A stretch of 64,000 bases of DNA from a virus: the IMG/VR virus record IMGVR_UViG_3300030104_003613, one strand, 5' to 3'. A model generated the notes under the pieces. That model saw only the letters and a program-made list of their open reading frames with translations. It searched no databases and was not told the origin of the DNA. The stretch's first letter is position 1, and each line of letters opens with the position of its first letter. Positions 35,196 to 45,454 of the stretch are shown in pieces. The position numbers were made by a program, and so were the translations under genes.

Positions 35196-35944
35196 ACCGC
35201 TTTCAAACAAATCATGTTTCTGGGGAACCACCATGGAATCCACACGTTAAACCACTTTTGTCTAACAAGTTTATCAGTGCTAGCGTTCATTGCGTCATCA
35301 TGAGTCAACCAGTTTGTAGACTTTGGTTTATGAACACCATCATTGAATCCAGTTCCATCACCCCTCACAGTATATCTCAAGAACTCGGGGTCTGCTTTCT
35401 CTGTTTCTCTTGCTTCTTTACACCATTGAACGATCTTTTCTTCCAACTCGGGATAAACTTCATATCCTTTAGTAAGGAGTTTATCGTACCAGTAGGACTT
35501 TGGTTGAAGATTGAAATGTCCTGTGCCACCTTGCCCCGGAGGTGCTGCTGTCATGATGATATACTTTGCCCCATGTCGAGTAAGAGCATCAACATAATTG
35601 TCAGCATACTCTGGTTCGATATGTTCCGCAACCTCAATGCTGTAAACCATATCTACATCTTGGTTGACCTCATAGGGATTTCTCAAATCATGGATAGTCA
35701 CCTTTTCGGGGTCAATCATCATGTGAGGAATGGCATTAGTTGTTCCCTCTAGTCCAGAAATTTGAACACCGAGATTCTCATAACAAGACAACCAATGTCC
35801 TGTGGCACATCCTACATCAAAAACTGATTCGATATTTAAAAACTCTTTGATCTTGGGGGCAAGATACTTTGCCATTGGAAGAGAGTCAGCGATGTTATCT
35901 CTGAAGAACCAGTCTTCATAGATTTCGTTTAGTACATTAGTCAT
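35192..35944 (-). CDS. class I SAM-dependent methyltransferase
   Basis: VFDVGCATG, EVAEH and PGQGGTGH motifs. Confidence 0.85.
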   Translation of the reverse strand: MTNVLNEIYEDWFFRDNIADSLPMAKYLAPKIKEFLNIESVFDVGCATGHWLSCYENLGVQISGLEGTTNAIPHMMIDPEKVTIHDLRNPYEVNQDVDMVYSIEVAEHIEPEYADNYVDALTRHGAKYIIMTAAPPGQGGTGHFNLQPKSYWYDKLLTKGYEVYPELEEKIVQWCKEARETEKADPEFLRYTVRGDGTGFNDGVHKPKSTNWLTHDDAMNASTDKLVRQKWFNVWIPWWFPRNMICLKAV

Positions 35945-35948
35945 TTTA

Positions 35949-36881
35949 TTAATCGTTGAATTGTGTATTGGGTTGGCGTCCAGTGCGTTTTACAAACTCC
36001 TCACGCAGTTGTGGAATGTGCCAGATGCGAAGACCTTCAAAGTATTCTACACCCTGATTGTCAAAATGCTCTAGAATCTTGGGCATTAGATCACAACGCA
36101 GGAAAGTCTTCTCATCCCATTTAGGATCGAAGTTAGGGACATTAGGAGTAGGAATGCCTTCCAACCATGCGGGAGGAATCTTCTTCAGTCCAACGCCTTG
36201 ATCTTGAAAACAAATACTATACTTACCAAGGATTGTACCCAGAGCACCAGGACCGTGCTGAACCAGTTCACCAACCTGCTTCCATGCCTGTTTCAGGTGG
36301 AAGTTATTGAAGTATGCGAACTGATAGTGGAGGACACATCCCATGCTAGGATCAAGTCTCATCCACTTGTCCTCTGTGTTTGGTCCAATAGTTCTACCAT
36401 CTGCCATAAAAGTGTAGTGATAATCCAATTCAGGACTATCAGTTACAACAAAATCCTTGTAGAGATTACTCCACACGGTCTGGTCATTGCGATAGAAATT
36501 GTTGCTCTTCCACAGTGCCAACCACTGCATCGCCAGTTTCCTACCAGGTGGAATCTGTGAGATTACCTCTCTGGCAATAGGAACAAAGTTAGTGGTGAAT
36601 GCTTCATCAGCATCCAAGCAAAGGAAGTGAGTTCCTTTACGCTCGCGAGCATAGTTAAACAGGAACTGGCGTACACGTCCGGGGTTCCAACCACCACGAA
36701 CGTCTGTGGTCTCCTCATATCCCTTGACGATGACGCCTGCTTCCTCCATCATCTCTCTGGAATTATCAGTAGAGTCATTATCAATAGCAATGATCTCATC
36801 ACAAATGGGGAGAACATTCTTCAAGTAAAGAGGAATAAACTGTTCCTCATTCTTGAAGGGTAAGAGTCCAATAATTTTCAT
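35949..36881 (-). CDS. glycosyltransferase family 2
   Basis: KNEE, DNDSTDNS and LDADE motifs. Confidence 0.85.
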   Translation of the reverse strand: MKIIGLLPFKNEEQFIPLYLKNVLPICDEIIAIDNDSTDNSREMMEEAGVIVKGYEETTDVRGGWNPGRVRQFLFNYARERKGTHFLCLDADEAFTTNFVPIAREVISQIPPGRKLAMQWLALWKSNNFYRNDQTVWSNLYKDFVVTDSPELDYHYTFMADGRTIGPNTEDKWMRLDPSMGCVLHYQFAYFNNFHLKQAWKQVGELVQHGPGALGTILGKYSICFQDQGVGLKKIPPAWLEGIPTPNVPNFDPKWDEKTFLRCDLMPKILEHFDNQGVEYFEGLRIWHIPQLREEFVKRTGRQPNTQFND

Positions 36882-37510
36882 TTCAGGTAAATTCCAAATC
36901 CAGTAGGGTTGTGCGCGTCCTTTGTTACATCAAACTTTGTCCCAGTCCACTCTTCGTGAAACTTCCACTTTGATCTTTCATCAGATGTGGTGCCTTGATC
37001 TTGAATATCATCCACCACGATGATGGCATCATCCGTCAAATACTTGTTCCATACCTCATACTCTGCTTTGATCTGCTCGTATGTATGAATCGTATCACAG
37101 AAGAGCATACTTACACTCTTTTCTTCAAAGAGTTCTGCGATCTTATCAGAGTCAATAGCATCAAAGTTATTATCAATCGTGACCCTAGGATCTCGTCTTA
37201 CCTCTCCTGGAACATAACGACAGTCATTCGTGATATCAAATGAGTAAAACTTTTGATCCTCTTTGAGAGCATCATAAATCGCAAGGGTGCTACACCCTCT
37301 ACGATTACCCAGTTCTACGACAGTTCCATCAACGTGTTCTGTCAGTTTGTGGAGATACCAGAAGTATCCATGGTTACTATCAGCATTAGTGATGTACTGA
37401 TAATGCTCCGTTGTGGGAGAGATCAGTCTAATAAGGTTAGAATCATTCCATTCAACAACTTTGTTCTTGTTCTTAATGATTCTATTGATAAAAGTCTTAT
37501 GATTACTCAT
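36878..37510 (-). CDS. class I SAM-dependent methyltransferase
   Basis: VELGNRRGCS, FCDTIHTY and VDD motifs. Confidence 0.8.
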   Translation of the reverse strand: MSNHKTFINRIIKNKNKVVEWNDSNLIRLISPTTEHYQYITNADSNHGYFWYLHKLTEHVDGTVVELGNRRGCSTLAIYDALKEDQKFYSFDITNDCRYVPGEVRRDPRVTIDNNFDAIDSDKIAELFEEKSVSMLFCDTIHTYEQIKAEYEVWNKYLTDDAIIVVDDIQDQGTTSDERSKWKFHEEWTGTKFDVTKDAHNPTGFGIYLK

Positions 37511-38285
37511 TAAAATCTGATGCCTCAATCACTCTATCATTAAACGTGATCTTATTTATTTCATATCCTGAACTTGCTTGGGGAACCAGTCTGGGATCAA
37601 TAACATCTATACCATATCTCATTTCAATCACAGTTCTTTCAAGAGACTGCTTACTGTTGGGACTGGTGCTCTGTCCTAATCCTTCATCAAGATAGTAACC
37701 AAGGATGTCATTGATATGAAGACCTTTGCCACAACGTGCCATTCGCATCGCAAGATCATAGTCGGCACCAGAAACAAGTTTCTCATCAAACCAACCAGTC
37801 TTATCTAACAAATTTCTACGAACCATGAAGAAAGGTCCAAGGATCATACCACTCTTCAACTCATCTTCTCTACCAGATTCATCTACCAGTTCACCATCTG
37901 TTCCTCTAAACTCTGGAACTTTGATGTAGTTGCCATATACAAAGTCAACATCAGGATTCTCATCCAGTGCCTTTGCCATCACCTCAATGGATTCCGGTGT
38001 ACGCAGGTCATCAATGTTCCAGATACACAAATAATCACCATCAGCATATTCAATACACCGATTCATTGATACGCCAATAGGATCAACACCCTCTACAACA
38101 ATGTGAGTGATGTTGTCCTGTGTTTCATTATACTTTTCAACCTTGGCAACCTCTTCCTTGGTGGGATCATTATGGTCAAGAACAACTTCAAGATCGGTAT
38201 GAGTCTGTTCTGCCACACTCTCCAAGAATCCGTCCAGATACTTTGAAGTATTATAGGATGCGCTAATACAACTAACTCTTGTCAT
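37503..38285 (-). CDS. glycosyltransferase family 2
   Basis: ASYN, NIDD, FDE and ADYDL motifs. Confidence 0.85.
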   Translation of the reverse strand: MTRVSCISASYNTSKYLDGFLESVAEQTHTDLEVVLDHNDPTKEEVAKVEKYNETQDNITHIVVEGVDPIGVSMNRCIEYADGDYLCIWNIDDLRTPESIEVMAKALDENPDVDFVYGNYIKVPEFRGTDGELVDESGREDELKSGMILGPFFMVRRNLLDKTGWFDEKLVSGADYDLAMRMARCGKGLHINDILGYYLDEGLGQSTSPNSKQSLERTVIEMRYGIDVIDPRLVPQASSGYEINKITFNDRVIEASDFNE

Positions 38286-39135
38286 TGAGATACTCCTTCT
38301 TCATTTCATTATACACCTTTCTGACGCCTACATCAATAGTAGTTTTAGGAATCCACCAATCTAGAATGAAGGTGTCTGCTTCGTTTCTCTTATCCATCTG
38401 AACACTGTCCTTTGCCAGACCGGGTTTGATATCAACATCATACATTTCGTCCATATAAAAACATCCCTTGATCATAGCGGCAACCTCTTTGATTGTCTCT
38501 GATCTGAATGAAGTGATGTGAAGTGGATCCTCTGGTTTGAAGTCAGTATAGTTCTCCATGATTGTCTCTAGTGCCTCACAGCAGTCTTCAGCATAGAGGA
38601 ACTGACGCTCTTCGGTGCCATCAGTCATCATTTCAAATTGACGCTCTTCAAACCCCTTACGGATGAAGTCAGTGATAACATGTGCCTTCTCCATATCTTT
38701 CTCAATACCATAGACATTCCAGAACTTAACAGTAAGTCCATTTAGTGCTGTGGTATGAAGTTCGCCAACACGCTTCATCACACCATAAGGTGAGTATGAC
38801 ATGTTGCTCATCTGGGATGAGGCAAAGATAAATCTCTTATTGAACCTCTTCAATAGTTTGAAGGTGTTCGCCATCATACGAGTGTTGTTGTTTACAAAGT
38901 CAAACGTATGCTGATACTTCTTTAGATAGCGTGACCCACCTACATCAAAAGCAAGGAAGAATACAAAGTCAGCATTCTCAATTGACTTCTCTATGACAGT
39001 GCTAGGTGTCACCCTCAAATCATATTGAACACCATTCACGACATCAATATCAGTGACCTCATGTCCTTTTTCTTTGAGGTAATCAGATAGGTATGCGCCA
39101 ATCTGGCCAGCAGATCCTAGGATTGTAACTTTCAT
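38272..39135 (-). CDS. NAD-dependent nucleotide-sugar epimerase/reductase
   Basis: GSAGQIG, YGVMK and RQFLYAED motifs. Confidence 0.85.
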   Translation of the reverse strand: MKVTILGSAGQIGAYLSDYLKEKGHEVTDIDVVNGVQYDLRVTPSTVIEKSIENADFVFFLAFDVGGSRYLKKYQHTFDFVNNNTRMMANTFKLLKRFNKRFIFASSQMSNMSYSPYGVMKRVGELHTTALNGLTVKFWNVYGIEKDMEKAHVITDFIRKGFEERQFEMMTDGTEERQFLYAEDCCEALETIMENYTDFKPEDPLHITSFRSETIKEVAAMIKGCFYMDEMYDVDIKPGLAKDSVQMDKRNEADTFILDWWIPKTTIDVGVRKVYNEMKKEYLNDKS

Positions 39136-39989
39136 ACAATGATCTCCATAAATTTATTCAAAGATGCTTTCAATGATAATTCCCTCTTCACGAACATTTG
39201 AGGGTTGTAGTTCTTACCTATAAATTTAGAGAAGGTATCTCCAAGTTCGGAATATTTATAAAAGAACTCACCACATTCTTCTGACCAATAGGGGATAGAA
39301 GTTGCGGGAGTTGCCCACTCTTCACCCATGTCATTCCATTCTTTCACATCCCATACAAGACAGGGTGTATCTGATGCCATAATCTCTTGAACAGCAATGC
39401 CTTGACTCTCTGTTCCATTTAACAGAAACGCGAATCTAACTTTACTAAGGGTGTTGATAAAATCATTCTGTGAATAATTACCATAACCAAAGACAATGTA
39501 AGTCATTCCTTTTTCATCCAGGAACTTCTTGACAAGATTTAACTCTTTGTCACTTCTCCTTTTAAAGTAAATGAGGAAATCGTATTCAATTTCTCTGGTT
39601 ACGTTTGTGATGTCAATACCAACTGGCCATGATACAACCTTGTTTGAAGGCACATTGAACTGAGTAATTAATTGATTGGATACCCATTCAGAGGGTGTGA
39701 TGAGTTTATTATAATAATCGGGATTGTCAAATAAGAATTTACCATAGGCATCCCAACCCCAAAACTGTGGTCCAATATAACACGATTCATGTTCTAGACA
39801 CTCATGCTTTCTGTGACCATCAGCATTATACTGCATCAGGAAATTAGTATCATATCTTTCTTGATTGATACTATACGGAATGCCTTCCAGGTCTAATGAT
39901 TTAATAAAGTTTTTGACAACCTTCTCTGGACCACTAACAATGCCCTGCCTGTGTGCCCAATAAGAATCCTCATACCATAGATTTATCAT
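39132..39989 (-). CDS. putative GT-B glycosyltransferase
   Basis: SGPEKV, PSEW and ESQGIAVQEIMA motifs. Confidence 0.7.
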   Translation of the reverse strand: MINLWYEDSYWAHRQGIVSGPEKVVKNFIKSLDLEGIPYSINQERYDTNFLMQYNADGHRKHECLEHESCYIGPQFWGWDAYGKFLFDNPDYYNKLITPSEWVSNQLITQFNVPSNKVVSWPVGIDITNVTREIEYDFLIYFKRRSDKELNLVKKFLDEKGMTYIVFGYGNYSQNDFINTLSKVRFAFLLNGTESQGIAVQEIMASDTPCLVWDVKEWNDMGEEWATPATSIPYWSEECGEFFYKYSELGDTFSKFIGKNYNPQMFVKRELSLKASLNKFMEIIV

Positions 39990-40849
39990 ATATCCTCCCA
40001 ACCATTTACAATGATGTCCTTATAATCCACAGTATTTTTAGGACCAGCCCATTTGTTTACGTCTGGACAGACAACCTTTCTTGTTCTGCTCTGCAACCAA
40101 GCACCCCACCAACTGTAACTACTATTAGAAATGATAGCACCATCACACAAAGTCATCAAGCATAAATCAAACTCTGGTGATAGTGCTCCTTCCTTATATC
40201 CCTGACTTGATATGAAAGAACTCATTGGCATTCTATCTTCAGTTTCAGAGAAATGAAATCTATCTGATTGAAAGAGTTGTTGATCTTTACACCACTCAAT
40301 ATCATCAGAGAAAACCAGCACAGGTTCATCACTGAAAAGTGACAATGCTTTTTCAAAATAAGTTATGTCCAGATTGAAATGATACTCTGGTCTCTTTACA
40401 TAATCTCCTCTTCTAACATGGAGGAAAATGGGTGTAACATCAAAACTTGATATCATCTCTTGACATGGTTCAAGAATATAGTCTTTGAAGTTAAAGTCTT
40501 TTCTGATACTACCCTCAATGTTCTTGAACCATTTTTCAGACTGGTAAAACCCGCTGATGTTCACATTGTCGGGACACTCATCATAGAATTCCTGATTGAA
40601 ATGAAACGTGGTTGAGTGACACACATCGTCAGATGTCCTGTGTTTATAAAGACCTCCCATGTATCCATTGTATTTGACACTGCTCAACTCAAAGACATCA
40701 TGAAGAAGGTAATTACAGGTCCTTGATTGATCGTTTGGGGGGATTACAAAGTCATATCCCCTATGTGCTGCTATACCACGAAGGGCAGCATACTGAAACA
40801 TAGTGTTTCCAATCCACCCCTTGTTACCTAGTTCATCAAAACCAATCAT
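39986..40849 (-). CDS. GT11 alpha-1,2-fucosyltransferase-like protein
   Basis: GNTMFQYA, HVRRGDY and NSSYSWWGAWL motifs. Confidence 0.9.
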   Translation of the reverse strand: MIGFDELGNKGWIGNTMFQYAALRGIAAHRGYDFVIPPNDQSRTCNYLLHDVFELSSVKYNGYMGGLYKHRTSDDVCHSTTFHFNQEFYDECPDNVNISGFYQSEKWFKNIEGSIRKDFNFKDYILEPCQEMISSFDVTPIFLHVRRGDYVKRPEYHFNLDITYFEKALSLFSDEPVLVFSDDIEWCKDQQLFQSDRFHFSETEDRMPMSSFISSQGYKEGALSPEFDLCLMTLCDGAIISNSSYSWWGAWLQSRTRKVVCPDVNKWAGPKNTVDYKDIIVNGWEDI

Positions 40850-41814
40850 GACAGACGATCCACCCAGGTCTTGATCATCTCATCCATCATAGTCTCAAAG
40901 TTATACGTCGGTTTCCATCCAAGTTTATCACGAATCTCCTGACCATCACCTTTAAGGTACTTCAACTCCTCGGGTCTCATATACTTCTGATTCTGTACAA
41001 CATAATCTTTGTAGTTTAAACCTAGTTGAGTGAATACATGATCGCAAAGGTCACGAACCGTTCTTGTCTCTCCGGTCGAAACAATCCAATCCCTTGGTTC
41101 TTCATGTTGTAGGAGAAGATACATTGCGCGAACATAGTCATAGGAGTGACCCCAGTCACGACTGGAATCCATGTTACCCAATTCAAGTTTGTCACGAAGA
41201 CCATTCTTGATTTCTACTGCTGCTTTGACAACCTTGTGTGTCACGAAGTTAGTTCCTCTACGAGGTGACTCATGATTAAAGAGAATACCGTTACAAGCAT
41301 GAAGTTTATAGGCATTCCGATAGTGACGGACCAGATTGTATCCCATCACCTTGGAACAACCATAGGGACTGACAGGACTCATAATTGTAGTGAGTCTTTG
41401 ACATCCATCTGGGTCAACAGAATTACCAAACATCTCAGAAGAACTTGCCTGATAGAACTTGGATTGAGGAACAACCTCTTTGTATGCTTCTAGAATATTC
41501 AGAACACCAAGAGAGTTTGTCTTAATAGTAAAAGAAGGGACATCAAAACTAACCCTGACATGACTCATAGCAGCAAGATTATAAATCTCATCAGGTTCAA
41601 CCTCTCTCATAACACGGTACAGAGAGTGTTCATCAGTCAAATCACCATAATGATTGTTGACTTGATCATTAATATTCATGATACGAGAACTCTGGTTCTC
41701 GGCAACTGACTGTCGTCGAACAATACCATGAACTTCATAACCAAGTTCCACAAGATACTCGGCAAGATAAGATCCATCTTGTCCAGTGATACCAGTAATG
41801 AGTGCTTTCTTCAT
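40846..41814 (-). CDS. gmd: GDP-mannose 4,6-dehydratase
   Basis: ITGITGQDGSYL and GILFNHESPRRG motifs. Confidence 0.95.
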   Translation of the reverse strand: MKKALITGITGQDGSYLAEYLVELGYEVHGIVRRQSVAENQSSRIMNINDQVNNHYGDLTDEHSLYRVMREVEPDEIYNLAAMSHVRVSFDVPSFTIKTNSLGVLNILEAYKEVVPQSKFYQASSSEMFGNSVDPDGCQRLTTIMSPVSPYGCSKVMGYNLVRHYRNAYKLHACNGILFNHESPRRGTNFVTHKVVKAAVEIKNGLRDKLELGNMDSSRDWGHSYDYVRAMYLLLQHEEPRDWIVSTGETRTVRDLCDHVFTQLGLNYKDYVVQNQKYMRPEELKYLKGDGQEIRDKLGWKPTYNFETMMDEMIKTWVDRLS

Positions 41815-42401
41815 TTGAATACTTTCATGTTTCTAAGGTCAGGCCAATCAGTCCATTCCCATTGGCGGGGAGTTCTTTCAATAGCGTCTGGCAACTTGTC
41901 CAATCCCAGTTGTGCTGTCTCTGGTGTCATATAGTAATGATATCCTACCATGTCAATATCTTGGTCTCTCCATGGAGTACCAGGAGTTCTCCCATCATAG
42001 GACATTTGTTTGATGGTGTCAAAAGATGTTTTATTATCCAACAATATCATACCACCTCTACCCAAACTCAAATGTTTCTGGAATTGAAAACTCAAACACA
42101 TGTATGTGCCGGGAATGTATGAGTTTTTCTTCCACAATACAGCAGCATCAATAATATTTGTATCACCAAGAGCGTAATAATCTTTCCATTCCTCCTCTGA
42201 CCATTCCATATCAAGACATAGTTTTTTAGATAAGAAAGGAATAGAGATATAAGTTCTGGTTGGAACTGTAATCTTGGGGTAACCCTCATATCTAAGACAA
42301 AGTTCAATACCATGAGTACAGGAGTCTACCGCAATTGCGTATGGACTTCCAAAGAACTTTGCTATCTCTGTTTCAAATTTAGATACTGATTCAAAACTCA
42401 T
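41811..42401 (-). CDS. short DegT/DnrJ-family PLP aminotransferase
   Basis: AVDSCT, DAA and SFQFQKHLSLGRGG motifs; only 196 aa. Confidence 0.8.
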   Translation of the reverse strand: MSFESVSKFETEIAKFFGSPYAIAVDSCTHGIELCLRYEGYPKITVPTRTYISIPFLSKKLCLDMEWSEEEWKDYYALGDTNIIDAAVLWKKNSYIPGTYMCLSFQFQKHLSLGRGGMILLDNKTSFDTIKQMSYDGRTPGTPWRDQDIDMVGYHYYMTPETAQLGLDKLPDAIERTPRQWEWTDWPDLRNMKVFK

Positions 42402-42915
42402 AACCTAACTCCTTCGCATACTCATACATTTTTGTCTTACGTCTTTTCTTAATAGGTTTTGCTGGACTACCACCATAGATTGTCCATGGTTCGGTAGATG
42501 TTTTTAGGAAAGAGTTTGCTCCTAACACAGAACCCTCTGCCATGGTGACACCTGACATCACAACAGAGTTGGCACATACACCAGAAAACCTTTTGAGATT
42601 AATTGGTTCTAGTATTTGTGTGTCCTTGTATTCATCTGGGATCATAGGTCCAATAAGTCCATCACCCATAAAAAGATCTGATCCACAGATCATTCTCGCA
42701 CCTGTCGAAATGAAAGTAAAGTCTTCCATATTTAGAGATGTCTTTTCTCCACCAATCACCGAAACATGTGGAGAGATATGAATATAATCACCCAGATTTA
42801 AACCAGTGGTACAGTAAAATCCAAAGTCAATAGCAACATGATTACCAACTTTTGCTAAATGAGGTCTAGTTATACAGGTATGACCATGTATAAAGAAATC
42901 ATTTCCTGTGATCAT
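42391..42915 (-). CDS. hexapeptide-repeat acetyltransferase
   Basis: Left-handed beta-helix repeats and GGSPAKPIKKR; start reassigned. Confidence 0.85.
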   Translation of the reverse strand: MITGNDFFIHGHTCITRPHLAKVGNHVAIDFGFYCTTGLNLGDYIHISPHVSVIGGEKTSLNMEDFTFISTGARMICGSDLFMGDGLIGPMIPDEYKDTQILEPINLKRFSGVCANSVVMSGVTMAEGSVLGANSFLKTSTEPWTIYGGSPAKPIKKRRKTKMYEYAKELGYEF

Positions 42916-43324
42916 TGATGAACACCTTATCATTTTCAATTCCCGTATAGGGTCCAGTCTTGTATTCATAAACAACGGTGTCATCATCAAGGATGGTATA
43001 TGTGTGACCACCCTCAAAGGTCATCGAGCAGTCACCTTGATTAATAATCTCATCACCAATATGAGTTTCATCAATGTCATACATGTGAATCTTTACAGAT
43101 CCTTGAATGACCACCCAAGATTCTTGAGCGATTACTTGCTCTCTTGAAGATGGTTTCCAAATATGTTTGTGAGGTTTAAATGTTTTACCCGAATCCATCC
43201 TCAAGGTTGCTAACTGAATAAATTGATCTTCGGGTGCGACATCAGTTCTTGCGGTGATCTCATCTAATCTATTAATGATATGAATGAGTCTAGAGGGATC
43301 AACTTTAGAGTATATGTGTTTCAT
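42899..43324 (-). CDS. cupin-fold protein (sugar isomerase/WbuC-like)
   Basis: PHKH...QE...GGH...EYKTGPY motifs. Confidence 0.75.
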   Translation of the reverse strand: MKHIYSKVDPSRLIHIINRLDEITARTDVAPEDQFIQLATLRMDSGKTFKPHKHIWKPSSREQVIAQESWVVIQGSVKIHMYDIDETHIGDEIINQGDCSMTFEGGHTYTILDDDTVVYEYKTGPYTGIENDKVFINDHRK

Positions 43325-43326
43325 AA

Positions 43327-43470
43327 CTAGTCTGTTTTAGTTTGATTGTAAAACCAATTGTGTGTAAGTTGATACCACATCACAGCATTTACACTTGTGA
43401 TCGAAAGTATCAAGAGTAAGATCACAACCATTGTGATCCCCTTTATGGATTTATCAGTCTTCTTTAGCAT
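43327..43470 (-). CDS. small membrane peptide
   Basis: Single TM helix within the operon. Confidence 0.5.
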   Translation of the reverse strand: MLKKTDKSIKGITMVVILLLILSITSVNAVMWYQLTHNWFYNQTKTD

Positions 43471-44509
43471 CGATTTGAGCATTGATCCAATGATAGGTAT
43501 AACGAATACCCTCTTCAAGAGTCATCTCATAATCCCAACCAACTTTCTCACGAACAAGATCATTGTTAGAGTTACGTCCACGAACACCCAGAGGAGCATC
43601 CAGTTTATGCATCCTGCGAACTACTTTACCAGCAACTTTGCCAGCGATATCAACCAGTTCGTTGATCTTAACCATCTCTTCAGAACCAATATTCATTGGT
43701 CCCATGAAATCAGAGTCCATCATACGACGGGTTGCTTCGATACACTCATCAATATAAAGGAATGAACGAGTCTGTTCACCATCTCCCCATACTTCAATCG
43801 CACCACCTACATCAGGAAGGTATGCTACTTTACGACAAATTGCTGCGGGGGCCTTCTCTCTTCCACCCTCCCAGGTCCCCTCCGGGCCAAAAATGTTGTG
43901 ATATCTAGCAACCCTAACAGGAATGCCATGATTACGATTATACGCAAAGTACAGTCGCTCAGAGAAAAGTTTCTCCCATCCGTACTCGGAGTCTGGGTCT
44001 GCGGGGTATGCTGATTCTTCACGGCAGTCGGGATTATCAGGGTCCAATTGGTTATGCTCTGGATACATACATGCTGATCCAGAATAGAAGATCTTGGTAT
44101 TATTTCCTACAGTCTCATTAAATTTACGCTGCTCTTCAAGCACATTCAAGTTGATGGTAACAGAGTTGTGCATGATTTCAGCATCATTTTCACCAGTGAA
44201 AACGAATCCAGCACCACCCATGTCAGCAGCAAACTGATAGATCTCATCAAAAGGAGCATGATATCTTTCAGGAACAGAGTAATAGAAGTTACCACGTTCT
44301 CCTTTGAAACGGAGAACACGACGGACAAATTCTACATCACAAAGATCGCCCTGTACAAATTCGTTCGCCTCGGTAGGGGAGAACTCTGGATATTTAAGGT
44401 CTACACCACGCACCCAGTAACCTTCTGAACGCAGACGCTTCACCATATGACTTCCGATGAATCCACCTGCGCCCAAAACGAGTGCTGTTTTCTTGTATTC
44501 CATGGTCAT
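43454..44509 (-). CDS. GDP-mannose 3,5-epimerase-like protein
   Basis: GAGGFIGSH, AADMGGAGF, SACMYP, YGWEK and GGREKAPAAICRK motifs. Confidence 0.85.
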   Translation of the reverse strand: MTMEYKKTALVLGAGGFIGSHMVKRLRSEGYWVRGVDLKYPEFSPTEANEFVQGDLCDVEFVRRVLRFKGERGNFYYSVPERYHAPFDEIYQFAADMGGAGFVFTGENDAEIMHNSVTINLNVLEEQRKFNETVGNNTKIFYSGSACMYPEHNQLDPDNPDCREESAYPADPDSEYGWEKLFSERLYFAYNRNHGIPVRVARYHNIFGPEGTWEGGREKAPAAICRKVAYLPDVGGAIEVWGDGEQTRSFLYIDECIEATRRMMDSDFMGPMNIGSEEMVKINELVDIAGKVAGKVVRRMHKLDAPLGVRGRNSNNDLVREKVGWDYEMTLEEGIRYTYHWINAQIDAKED

Positions 44510-44557
44510 TAATAATGCTTTTTATTTATCCAAGTCAAATTATAGCACGTCAGTCAA

Positions 44558-44854
44558 TCAAAGACGACCCTTTGAAAGTCTCTCGATACCATTCTTTTCA
44601 TTACTCTTGAGAATATCAACTAAAAGATTGAATCTCTGCTCTAGTTCAGCATCAGGTCCAGTCTTACCAGTCTCTGTAAGATCACCAACTTTGCTCTTCA
44701 TCCAAGCAATCTCTGCTTCAAGAATTTCAATCTTCTTGTTCGCTGCTTCAAGTGCTTTCAGTCTACCTTCTACTTCAACATCATACTTTGACATTGATGC
44801 TCCAGTGGAAGACTTGGCAGCAGTTCCTTTGTATGCCATGTGGTTTTCAATCAT
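44558..44854 (-). CDS. hypothetical coiled-coil protein
   Basis: GASMSKYDVEVEGRL-containing ORF. Confidence 0.7.
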   Translation of the reverse strand: MIENHMAYKGTAAKSSTGASMSKYDVEVEGRLKALEAANKKIEILEAEIAWMKSKVGDLTETGKTGPDAELEQRFNLLVDILKSNEKNGIERLSKGRL

Positions 44855-44875
44855 TGACTAACGTCTGTATTTATT

Positions 44876-44900
44876 AAAAAAGGAGACCCGAAGGTCTCCT
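44876..44900 (-). terminator. intrinsic terminator
   Basis: AGGAGACC-TTCG-GGTCTCCT stem-loop followed by a U-tract. Confidence 0.85.
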
Positions 44901-44903
44901 GAT

Positions 44904-45164
44904 TTAGCGACGAGATACTGTGTCTTTGATATAACAAGGGACACCCGCTGGGTCCAACCATTTAGGATACTCTGGATCTTCAATGGCTAGAAGTAACTGA
45001 TCTGCGTTATCAAACAAATAAATGTCAGAGTATTTTTTAGTATACTCATCTGCTTTTTGTAGACGAAGATCGGGGTTACCATTCAATTCAATGTAACCTC
45101 GTTGAACAAAACGATAGGGATATCGTTCATGAATAACAACAGTCTTCGTTGTCAAATCGTTCAT
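44904..45164 (-). CDS. conserved hypothetical protein
   Basis: ERYPYRFVQ...KWLDP motif. Confidence 0.75.
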   Translation of the reverse strand: MNDLTTKTVVIHERYPYRFVQRGYIELNGNPDLRLQKADEYTKKYSDIYLFDNADQLLLAIEDPEYPKWLDPAGVPCYIKDTVSRR

Positions 45165-45373
45165 GCCACCTCCGATGTTTCCAGATCTTCAGCGATACAA
45201 TCGATAAGAATATCATAGTCATCCAATGGATCACCAGAGAAAACTACACCACTGTTCTCATAAAACTTACGAACCTTTTTAAAGAGTTTGGGGTTCTTCA
45301 CATCAAGGTAGTAATCACCTTGAACAGCGGAACGAAGGGTGCTGATGTCTTTCTTGAACTTAGAAGTAATCAT
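45161..45373 (-). CDS. conserved hypothetical protein
   Basis: LDVKNPKLFKKVRKFYE motif. Confidence 0.75.
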   Translation of the reverse strand: MITSKFKKDISTLRSAVQGDYYLDVKNPKLFKKVRKFYENSGVVFSGDPLDDYDILIDCIAEDLETSEVA

Positions 45374-45395
45374 TGTCTTGCTTTGTTACCCTGAT

Positions 45396-45424
45396 ATTAT
45401 AAGGTATAGGACTTGTGAGGTCAA
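45396..45424 (-). promoter_or_regulatory. sigma70-like promoter
   Basis: TTGACC-17 nt-TATAAT. Confidence 0.75.
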
Positions 45425-45454
45425 GATGCCTTGGACAGTCAGGATTCTGTCCTA

